A stretch of DNA of 64,000 nt, taken from Vermamoeba vermiformis (lineage: Eukaryota). The notes beneath the pieces are model-generated. The model was given only the letters and a program-made list of their open reading frames with translations, ran no database searches and was not told the origin of the DNA. Numbering within the stretch: the first letter of the stretch is position 1; the number at the start of each line of letters is the position of its first letter. Below, one piece after another: positions 40,593-50,951 of the stretch. The stretch lies in assembly GCA_045837725.1 (NCBI GenBank), contig JBEWZL010000123.1:372001-436000 (forward strand). The letters are read 5' to 3'. A program made the translations under genes and the position numbers.

Positions 40593-41536
40593 TTAAGCTT
40601 CGTCCTTCTTAGCTGCAACGTCTTCTGTTATTTTGAAGGGTGACTTATTAGCGGCCAATTTGTTATCGTCTGTGAGATTCAGATGCGGATCTTGTACCAA
40701 AGCTCTAGCTAATGACAACAATGGTGCTTTATGGTAGTGCCCAGTTTTCGCCGATACTTCGTAGTATTGCAATCCCTTCTTGTGATGAAAAGTAACGTCC
40801 CTTTTGTCCACTTGTCGCTCGAGCACGTCCCATTTGTTGCCGACCAAGACGACTGGATTCGATTGCACTTGTTGCGACTCTTTGTACCACTCAGGCACGC
40901 TAGCGTACGTTGATTTCTTGGCCACGTCGAACATGATAATGTAGCCATGGCATCCGAGAAAGTATGCGTCGCCTAGAAGGGAAAATTAAACTACGGATTC
41001 ACCGAAACGAGCGAAGCAACAAAGCAGCAAAAAATGCTAGGAAATATTATGTTAATTACCTAGACCGTCATCTTTGCCGGCGACGTCCCAGACGTGGAAA
41101 GTAATTGGTCCGCGATTGGTTTGTAAAGTCACATCTCGCACTTCCAGTTGGCTTGTAGCTTCATACGCGAATTTAAATTCTTTTCCTAGTATTCTATCAA
41201 TATAACTTGTTTTTCCAACTTTTTCGTCGCCAATAAGACAAATTTTGAATTCTTGTGGCTTATCGAATGGCGGGAGTGGATCCGCTGGTTTAGGTGCATC
41301 AAGTTTAGCAGGTGATTTTGTAGGTGATACTGATAGAGTTGCTATGGAAGCGGCTAATTCTGGATCTAGCGTAAAAGTGAATGTTTTTCGGGTGAGGTCA
41401 CATTCTTGTCTTTATCTTGGGTCTCTGACTTCCATTCGAAGTTAAATAATGCTATTTCTTTTGCGGGTGATTGGCTAATATTGCTGGATTTATTTTCCGA
41501 TTTTTCTGGGGTAGATTCTGGTTTAGGATCTGCCAT
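40593..41536 (-). CDS. Divergent Ran-like small GTPase with an N-terminal extension
   Basis: G1 GDEKVGKT; TNRGPITFHVWDVAG; NKWD; YYEVSAK; LARAL, all Ran-like. There is a probable 1-nt homopolymer frameshift at about 41386 in the extension. Confidence 0.8.
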
Positions 41537-41745
41537 TCCTGCAAGATCTACGTTCTTATTAGCAGAATATTACATTATAATATTATAGAATAATTATGTA
41601 GGCAATGATCGCATTATTTGAACACTAAATAATTGGGTACATCCAGAAGTTATGTAAATGCAAATAATCCATTTCATAACATGCTATAATTTTTAGAGAA
41701 AGTTTATTTTACCTTTGTATTTATGATATGCTCGAGTGTGGTTCT

Positions 41746-41838
41746 TAGATCCGTCCAACCTATTAATTTGTGGAAGAAAAGAAACGAGTTTTTAAATCAT
41801 TGGTAGATTTCATAGTATTCGCTTAGTGGACGGATCTA
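41746..41838. repeat. Short element with 12-bp terminal inverted repeats, copy 1
   Basis: TAGATCCGTCCA...TGGACGGATCTA. Shares 23 identical nt (TCCGTCCAACCTATTAATTTGTG) with copy 2. Confidence 0.75.
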
Positions 41839-42145
41839 TACCTGAGCTTGCGTAAGCTACATTAGTCATATTATCGAAAAGAGACAGATGATATAACGAA
41901 ACATTTTCTTGATTAATCAAGCAACGTACAAAGCGAAACTTGTTTTCAACCGATAAAAGTAAATAGTAAACGAGTGTAAGGAAATCTCACCTCCCACCCA
42001 GTGAGAGGGCCTGCTTCGCTACCAAATGTAAGGAAAATAGCGTGTATATTTATTATAGGAAGGTCACCAAATAATGACGACTTGTAACGTCACTAAATAC
42101 TGACAATCACGTGACGAATGTCACCTGTTTTCATTACACGAGTCT

Positions 42146-43699
42146 TTAAAACAAGAATGCAGCCAATACAATGAGAAAGAATCCTGTACAAGCTCCTACA
42201 ATACGACGTGCAGAACTACTCGTTAGACCATCATTTGTTCGTGGCACTGAGAGCGGAGAATTGACCGTTGAAGGTTGATAAGGACTCGTTGTGTCTTTAG
42301 AACAATCAATCGTGACTGAGTGCGATACAGAGTCTGCGCCAAATCGATGCAACGCGTACTCGATCTCCAATGAATTTTCGTTGATGACAAGGTTGTTGAT
42401 TTCAGTGGTGACCATTGAATCGCATGCATGCTGATTGCTCTTGCAGACTATCTTTGCATCGAACTGTCCAACAGCACATGAATCCAGTTTGACACGATCA
42501 GGACAGTCCCAATCGATTGGATCTAACGTGCATCTCGGTAACGAATGCATTGCAATCTTTCCATCGAACACTAGTGAACTGTTTGTCGCGACGATGCCGT
42601 TGCCAAAAAATCGTTGATTGAGTGACCCAGTGATCTGTCCAGCCAATGTCCAAACACCTTGCAAACGCTTAATGATGTACACTGCACCAGACGAAGCACC
42701 TTTGAGGTTCAACAAGCTCATACTGGATATGAACGTGTCTTTGTCGACACAGAGAGTAGCCATGCCAATATAATCACTAAATCCTTGGGAAGCAAACGTT
42801 GTCCAATTGCCGTTGTCGAGTTTGACGATTACAGCCAGGGAAGTAAAACTAGCCATTACAATAGTGTCCTCTCCGTTCCATGCAAGACTGAAGGGTGAAT
42901 ATCCGGGAGCAGAGATTGATGTCTTGAGTTCCCAAACAAAAGATCCGTTGGATGCTTTTTCGTAGATGTAGATCAGAGGGTCGCTATGATGTGCTACCAA
43001 AATATGAGTAGAGTTGATCTGAAATGCTGGTTTGTAAGGTTCCGTGCTCATTCGAGTTCCAAAACTGATCTGTTCGTTGAAAACGAATCGATCCGTTATT
43101 GTCCAATTCGAGTTCACCAATTCAAAGCGATAAATTGTTGGGGTTCGTTGTTTGGGATAGTCGTCGTATGAACAAAGGGCATACAATGAACCATCAGGCA
43201 TGAATCGGACGAACTCGAATGTTGATGAGTAAGTTTGATGTTGCACGTGACTGACGGATCCATCATCTTCCACTCGGAATGCTCCAAAGATGGTATTTGT
43301 GTCAATGTAATAAAAATGTGCTATTACAACCCAATGTCCATCTGTATCAAGATCGAGATGTTGTAAGTTGCAAAAAGATTCAGATCTCCGTTCTGATCCG
43401 CTTTAAGAAGGCCAGCCAAGTTATAATACTCCGCAATCCATGCTATAGTACCGTCAGATGTTCCACGAATATTTCCTGGCGTCAGATCGGGAATCTGGTC
43501 CGGTCTCGGAATAAACTCAGTAATGTTGATTTGGCGTTCTGCCGTAATCGTCTGTTTTAATCTGTAATTAATACCTTCTTGCTAATTTGATTAAAATACT
43601 CACGGGAAGAGTGCCATTCACTTGCAAAGTCGGGAGCTGACCAAAACAAGTCGTGGCAAAAACAATTATGAACAGGCAAACACTAAATATCGCTCGCAT
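42146..43699 (-). CDS. Secreted/anchored beta-propeller-like (FG-GAP-like) protein
   Basis: Signal peptide MRAIFSVCLFIIVFATTCFG; repeats such as SFG, GAVYII and FFGNGI; Cys-rich region; S/T stalk; hydrophobic C-terminus. Confidence 0.65.
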
Positions 43700-44111
43700 T
43701 CTTTCTATCGTGGTTGCTTCAAGCAATTAATTGCAATTATAGATTCGAAGCGGCTTAAACACACTTTTTAACTTCCATTCTCCGACAAATTGCTTCGCAA
43801 CTCGTGTTAAATAGATCTGTCAAATGTCAAAAGATATTATCCGATGGCTTTTTAAGCTTTAATAAAAAACTTGTATATAAATGCTTTATCACCCACTTTG
43901 AACGCGTTCAATGGTTTCATTTTGCGCTCCTGTACTGAATCGACCGATCATTCAATCTTGGATGCTGATAATTTAACTTACCATTTATCTTTAATCTTCG
44001 CGCCAACCGCCGTAAGGTAAGAAATCGGGTACGGTCAATATTCAGCCATTTCTAAAAAGTATACTTGGATAATTAAATCCAAAAATACTTTATAATTTAC
44101 GCAAGTTACCT

Positions 44112-44183
44112 TAGTTCCGTCCAACCTATTAATTTGTGCAGAAAAGCAACTTTCTGAGCAGGTTTCCGTGGTGGACGGATCTA
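44112..44183. repeat. Short element with terminal inverted repeats, copy 2
   Basis: TAGTTCCGTCCA...TGGACGGATCTA (11/12 complementary). Same orientation and 5' core as copy 1. Confidence 0.75.
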
Positions 44184-44290
44184 GTTCTTGTAGCGCCGGA
44201 GATTGACGTGAGAAAAAAATCAAATTTGACGAAGGGTCGTCCGTGTGAAAATGGGCAAAATAATTTAAATCTGTATATATTGTACATACC

Positions 44291-47200
44291 ATGTTTAGAG
44301 TTGGCAGCGTTCTTAGCCGGCTTGTTTCGTCCACAAACAAGTCATCTGCCGCGAAGAGCTTTGCAGGAGCTGTCTTTTCCCAAAGACTAGTCGCTAAAAA
44401 ACCTGCCAAAAATGTATTATATACCCCCATTAGTCGATTGAATTCATCTATATCGTTTAAGTACCCAACGACTGTAAGTAAAATTCAAGATCTTGAAAGA
44501 AAATTGAATATTTCCTCTAGACTGTTGTTTGACCTTAACAATACTTCCTATAATATTATTTTTAATACTGTGGATTTCATTTGTGTTTTTTGGTGTTAAA
44601 TTTCGGTGTTGAATAAAAAATCTTGTTGCTAGCATTTTTAACGCTCGATCACCATGCAGGAAGTCTATCACCCGCCCAAACACTTGTCTGATACCGCACA
44701 TATTGCTGGTTTCGACCACTATAAGAAGCTGTACCAAGAAAGCATCGAAAACCCTGAAAAATTCTGGGATAAGGTAAGTGAGCAGATTGGCTTCAAGATC
44801 AGCTTTAAAACTCGTTCCTTACATTGTGTACATATATCACAATATTTTTCGTAATTATGGAATTGCTTTTATTTGTTTATTGACTTCCGGATGTCGCCCG
44901 AATACTAATCGATATTTTTATTTATTTAACAGACCGCCAAATCGCATATTTCTTGGTTCCGTCCTTATGACAAAGTCGTCGAAGGGTAATAATAATTATT
45001 CTACAGCTATTTGACGACAAATACACAAAAATAATTATTTGTTTCTTATCACTGAACGCTTTATTATTAGTGGTTTGCATGAAGGAGATGTGGCTTGGTT
45101 TTTAAATGGTACTCTTAATGCATGCTACAACTGCGTTGATAGACACGTCGAGAAGAAAGGAGATCAGGTAATTAAATGAGATATTTTTAGACGACGCGTA
45201 AATAAATCGTAAAATACCTAAATATGCTTAGTTATTGACTAAATTGTATAGGTTGCTATATTATACGAAGGAGATGAGCCTGGCATGGAGCGCAAAGTGA
45301 CTTACAAACAATTATACAAAGAGGTATTTGTTTATTCCGATCGGATCCGTTTTGAACGTTGCAATATTAAACTCAAATACGTGTGCTTATATACATTATT
45401 ACAGGTTAACAAACTTGCTAATGGTTTGAAAGAACTTGGTGTAAAGAAGGGAGATCGCGTTGCGATTTATTTACCGATGGTACGATCCTTTAGTTAACTA
45501 TGACAATATATATATGCCTACTCAACGTATTACATATTATGTTAATACGGTTTACGAGTTATTAATGCCAATATGATTCAGATCCCCGAAGCAGTTGTCG
45601 CAATGATGGCTTGCGCTCGTATTGGTGCCGTTCATTTGTAAGTCAATTAATTAATTGACATCGAAATCAGCTTATTATAACCAATTGTCGTATCGGCATT
45701 CAGCAATATTTATATTGGGCGTTATTTTCGTAAAAAACTATGCGCGCACTAGAATAATTGTTAACTTTGGATCTGCTTAGGGTCGTGTTTGCTGGCTTTA
45801 GCGCTGATGCTCTGCGCGATAGAATTAACAATGCTAAGGCGAAAGTCTTATTGACTGCCAATGAAGGCATGCGTGGTGGTCGCGCGATCTTTTTGAAGCG
45901 TACTGCCGACGAAGCTGTTGCTTTTTGTCCTACTATCGAAGTAAGTCCTCAATCCATATTTATTATAACGATGATGTACTAGTTGATAGAAGATGACCTA
46001 ATAACCTGTCTGATCTACAAAGTACTAATAATTAATTTTATTATAGCACGTGGTAGTGTTTAAGAGGACTGATGAGCACGTGCCTTTTGGACCACGTGAC
46101 GTCTGGTGGCACGAATTGATGCAAAGACAAAAGCCTTACTGCCCTCCTGAACAAATGAACAGCGAAGATCCGCTCTTTTTGCTCTATACTTCAGGTGCGC
46201 CTTTCAATTCTGTGATGATATTCCACGTTTATGATACTAACATGTGGTATATTTCAGGCTCTACAGGCAAGCCCAAGGGTTTGGAACACACCACTGGTGG
46301 CTACACAGTCTACGCGGCCACTACGCACCGTTACATCTTCGACTACAAGGACGGAGACGTGTACGCATGCGTTGCTGATGTTGGTTGGATCACTGGCCAC
46401 ACTTATATAGTATACGGACCTCTCTTGAACGGTGCTACCACAACTATCTTCGAAAGTGTTCCGACCTACCCGGATGCGAGCCGCTACTGGTACGTGACAT
46501 CGGCAAATCATTCTTAAGGACTGTGCTGATTATAATATTAGGCAAATGGTTGAGAAGCACAAAATTACTCAGTTCTACACCGCTCCTACTGCGATCCGAA
46601 CCTTGATGAAGTTTGGAACTGATCCCGTCAAGAAATACGACAGGTACTAGTTGCAAATTATATTCAGGGACAAATACTTACTAATACGAAAATAGATCTT
46701 CATTGCGGGTGTTGGGCAGTGTCGGAGAGCCTATTAACCCCGAAGCCTGGAAGTGGTACAACGAAGTCGTTGGAGAGCGTCGTTGCGCCATTGTGGACAC
46801 GTACTGGCAGACTGAGACGTAAGCGAAACAAATGAATTATTTTGAGGACTATCGGGCACTAAAGCTTTATAACGCAGCGGTGGTATTGTCTTGTCACCCT
46901 TGCCCGGAGCTACTCCGACTAAACCAGGGTCAGCAACACTGCCGTTCTTCGGTGTTGAGCCCGTTGTGATTGATGCTACTAGCGGTCACGTGATTCATGA
47001 AAAGAAAGCCTCGGGTGTCTTGGCATTGAAGAACCCTTGGTGAGCCTAAAATGAGTAGTTCTGTTCTTGGTCACGTGCTAATTATTTCGTTTTAGGCCCG
47101 GCATGGCACGCACTGTGTTCGGAGATCACAGCCGATACATTGAGACTTATTTGGGTGCTTACAAAGGCTACTACTTCACTGGTGACGGTGTGAACAGAGA

Positions 47201-47779
47201 CGAAGACGGCTATTATTGGATCACTGGTCGTGTTGACGGTAAGTTCTTGCTTCACATTATCTTGGTTGCAATTTTTGACACTTTGACAGATGTCATTCAC
47301 AAGTCTGGTCATCGATTGGGTACCGCTGAAATCGAGAGGTCAGTAGCGTTATCGAGTTTTATTAGACCGTTGGGGCTAATTATTGGTTCATTAGCGCCTT
47401 GGCCTCGCACCAATCATGCGCTGAAGCAGCTGTCGTTGCAGTCCACGAAGAAGTCCGTGGCTCGTTGATCATAGCATTCTGCATTCTCCGTCACGGCTAC
47501 AATGAGTCGAGCGAGGTGATTGACGACTTGAAGCACGAGGTGCAAAAAGAAATTGGCAAGTTAGCTACTCCTGACGTCATTGTCATTACACCTGGCTTGC
47601 CCAAGACCAGATCCGGAAAAATCATGCGCAGATTATTGCGTAAGATTGCTGAAGGTACCTCTAAAGTTGAAGAGCTCGGAGATATTTCGACGTTGGCTGA
47701 TCCAGAGATTGTCGACTTCCTTATTAAGAAAGTTAAGTCCCTTAACTTCAATAAGAAACCTCTTCAAGCAAAATTGTAA
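44291..47779 (+). CDS. acsA: Acetyl-CoA synthetase (AMP-forming) with a mitochondrial presequence and C-terminal PTS1
   Basis: [44 protein letters not shown] and [11 protein letters not shown]. Ends QAKL*. Confidence 0.95.
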
Positions 47780-47920
47780 TAATTATAACACCATATTAAT
47801 CTATAACATTAAATACAAATGTTCTATTTCTGCTCGATCTCGGAGAAAACACAATTTTCCGTTTGGCCGTGCTTGTTGTGATTTTAAACGAATAATCCTC
47901 TCGGCTTATTAATTACAATT

Positions 47921-48775
47921 ATGTCAACAACACCACGAGTCTACCTCATTACAGGCTGTTCAAGCGGGTTTGGCAGCTCCATAGCTCAGTACTTGCTCGA
48001 ACATGGCGAGTTTGTTATTGCCACCGCGAGAAATCAATCGACCGTAGCGCACTTTGCAGAAAAATATCCCGACAAAGCATTAAGTCTTGCACTAGATATT
48101 ACCAATCAAGAATCAGTTCATGCAGCGCTGGAGGCCTCGTTGAACAAGTTCAAGAAAATTGACGTCTTGATTAACAATGCCGGCAATGCTATTTATGGAT
48201 TAGCAGAATTCACATCGGACAGCGAGATTCGTGCGCAGATGGAGACCAATTTCTTCGGCACTGTTAGAGTGACCCAAGCAATCTTACCAATAATGCGCAA
48301 ACAAAACAGCGGTCACATCATTCAAATAAGCAGCGTGTCAGGTCAAAACGGATCGCAAAGCTTGCCGTTCTATTGCGCGAGTAAGTTTGCCCTCGAAGGA
48401 TTTTCCGAGGCATTGTCGCGGGAAGTGATCGGATTCAATGTTCGCGTGACAATTATCGAGCCAGGAGCCTTCAAAACCGATATGATGAATAAATCATTCA
48501 AACGTATCGAGAACAAACAAGTCCCATCGGTATATTCAACGCAAGTAGAGAAGATAAATCAACGAATGGACTTCATCCGAGACCACGCTCCTGGAGATCC
48601 AAAGAAGGCAGCTGCCGTCATCCATCAAATAGTACGATCAGATAATCCACCTCTTCGCTTGCCTATTGGTGCAGATGCGTTTCAAACAATCAGTTCGCAC
48701 GTGGAGCAACAGCGACTAGATCTTAAGAAGTGGGAACAAGTGTCAAAATCAACCAACTTGGACGAAGTGGCCTAA
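47921..48775 (+). CDS. Classical short-chain dehydrogenase/reductase (intronless)
   Basis: TGCSSGFG, NNAG, catalytic YCASK and EPG. Confidence 0.92.
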   Translation: MSTTPRVYLITGCSSGFGSSIAQYLLEHGEFVIATARNQSTVAHFAEKYPDKALSLALDITNQESVHAALEASLNKFKKIDVLINNAGNAIYGLAEFTSDSEIRAQMETNFFGTVRVTQAILPIMRKQNSGHIIQISSVSGQNGSQSLPFYCASKFALEGFSEALSREVIGFNVRVTIIEPGAFKTDMMNKSFKRIENKQVPSVYSTQVEKINQRMDFIRDHAPGDPKKAAAVIHQIVRSDNPPLRLPIGADAFQTISSHVEQQRLDLKKWEQVSKSTNLDEVA

Positions 48776-49078
48776 ATAAATATGCAATAAATAACCGATT
48801 AGTTAATAATGTTAAATGTAAGATAATTTTATCTTGTTCGGGGTTTTGATTGATTGCTTCCGCCTTAGAATCTTTCGGTTACTTACAGGATTTAAAACTG
48901 TTTCTAATTAGAAGAAAGCAACGCCTTATTCGTCCACAACAGCGGAAGGTATACCGCTCGCACCGCTGTAATATTTGGAAATTAGGGAGGCTTCTTCAGC
49001 TCGAATTCTGTCAATTTTCTGGCGTAACTTATTGAATTGATTTCGGTTTGAAGCAACACATCTTAAGCATATTTTATA

Positions 49079-50710
49079 ATGGATCATTATTTGCACGGTC
49101 ATTTCCTTGCAGTTGCACGATCGGAATGGAAAATGAAGAAGGAGGGTGATTACGAATACCGAGACAATGAAACTAAGGGAAAAGTAACATGGCAAATATT
49201 CCATGCAGGAATAAAAGAGGATTTGGTAAGTGACAGACGTAAATCCGGAAACTAAAATTATTAATAAAGATCGCAATAAAAATAAAGATTTTCTCCATGT
49301 AATGTAAAATCAAACGAATTAGCTAATACCTAATTATTAATGCCTTGATTTAGGTTTCTATAGGATCTTTGTCGTTGGACGTGTTTCCTGGCAAGCCATC
49401 CGGCTCCGCGCAAGATATCAGCGTTCCTGATTACCTTACAGCAGGTGCGTATTAATTCGAATATATAATTCTGAAATTACGTTATCGCCTTTAAGCTAAT
49501 TACTTTGTCCTTGCAGTGAGTGGTCACATGTTGTGCGTGGTGTATTTGAAAGAAAAGAACGAACGAGTCTTTGCTTTGTACGACATGAACGAACACACCA
49601 AAGCCATCACATTGCACGGCTCATTCGTGATGGACAATGCTTTGCCACCCACTGCAATCATCGCCATCAAAGAACGAGTGTTTTTGGTAAGTGTTTGGTG
49701 GTCTCTTCTTGAGTGATTTACAAATATAGTAATGCGTTGGATCGCTCCAAACACTCGTATATTTGTAGTCCCCGACGGTACTAATACAACTTGATGTTAG
49801 GGATTCCCAGGTCGTGTTGGCTGTGTTGACATGTTGGAGCCAAAGTTGTCACTTCACATGTTTCATGAATGGCAAGAACAGACTTGGGGACGCGATAAAG
49901 ACGCGAGCTTCCTCAAGACAAGTACGTAAATGCAACGGTACCTGACCCATTCTAATCACTCCTTCACAGTTGATGCCTTTGCCTACGACTCCAAGTCCGT
50001 CACAAAGACACTTGTCGCCGTTGATGATGTGTCGTGGCCCAAGTACGCATTCAGCTATGATCTGCGACAGCATCCACCCAAGGTAAGTCTTGCGCAGCTC
50101 GTCGTCAATAAGTGATTGTTAACTTGTCTTGAAGTTCGTAGCCAAGTTCAATCTGCCCGATGGTATCAACGAGCATTACACACACGCGGCCAAGCATGGA
50201 GACACACTGGCGCTCACTGCAGCCTACAGCCATCGAGGTGGCAGAGGCAACAGACTCGTGGTCATGCAACAACACGACGTTGTCGCGTCAGTTGTGGAAT
50301 TCAAAGCTTCAGATTTCAACCAGTTGGATCTGTTCACGGACAAAGTCATGACGTCCTTCACTTCCGTGGGACTTTTAAATGACGGGCAGGTCGTCGTGTT
50401 GAGCGCACGAGATCGTGGTGTGATCGCTATTCCAATTAAGGAAATCAAAGAGGTCACGAAGGAGTCATTCGGCCAAGAATACTCAGCGCAATGGCCTACC
50501 GTCGTTCGTTCAGTGAAAATCGGAACAATTGCTCAGGATCTCGCAACAGTCAAGCGCCAATCCTTTGCATTTGTTTTGAGCACAGAAGAAGCTAACAAGA
50601 ACCAGTCAGTGGTGTCTCAAGTGGTCTGGAACAACGACACGAACGAGCTGCAAGTCGTCAAGTCGCATCACATTGATGGCGTGTTCAGCAAGTTGATTGT
50701 TGAAGTGTAG
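49079..50710 (+). CDS. Hypothetical beta-rich protein (multi-exon)
   Basis: In-frame exon chain from MDHYLHGHFLAV to SKLIVEV* with canonical splice sites. No domain recognised with confidence. Confidence 0.6.
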
Positions 50711-50951
50711 AACGGATCAGCTCCGAACCCAGCTTTATTCACAGCAATATTTATTGTAGTTGATCTAAAATGAGTAGTTAGTACATGATCGCACCGTTCT
50801 GTTCATTTTTCCTGTGCCTGTGTACTTTTTATGAATTTAACAATATCTCAAGTTTTTCTGACACAATTGTAACCCGATCCACAATGCACCAACGTTCTTG
50901 CCGTCACTTTTATCACTGTTACAACATAATAGCGTTTGAGGATTGAATAAG

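Noticed and set aside
41970-42040. GC-rich hairpin between two TGTAAGGAAA repeats as a possible ncRNA
   Set aside because: Single occurrence with a short stem and no convincing tRNA or snoRNA boxes.
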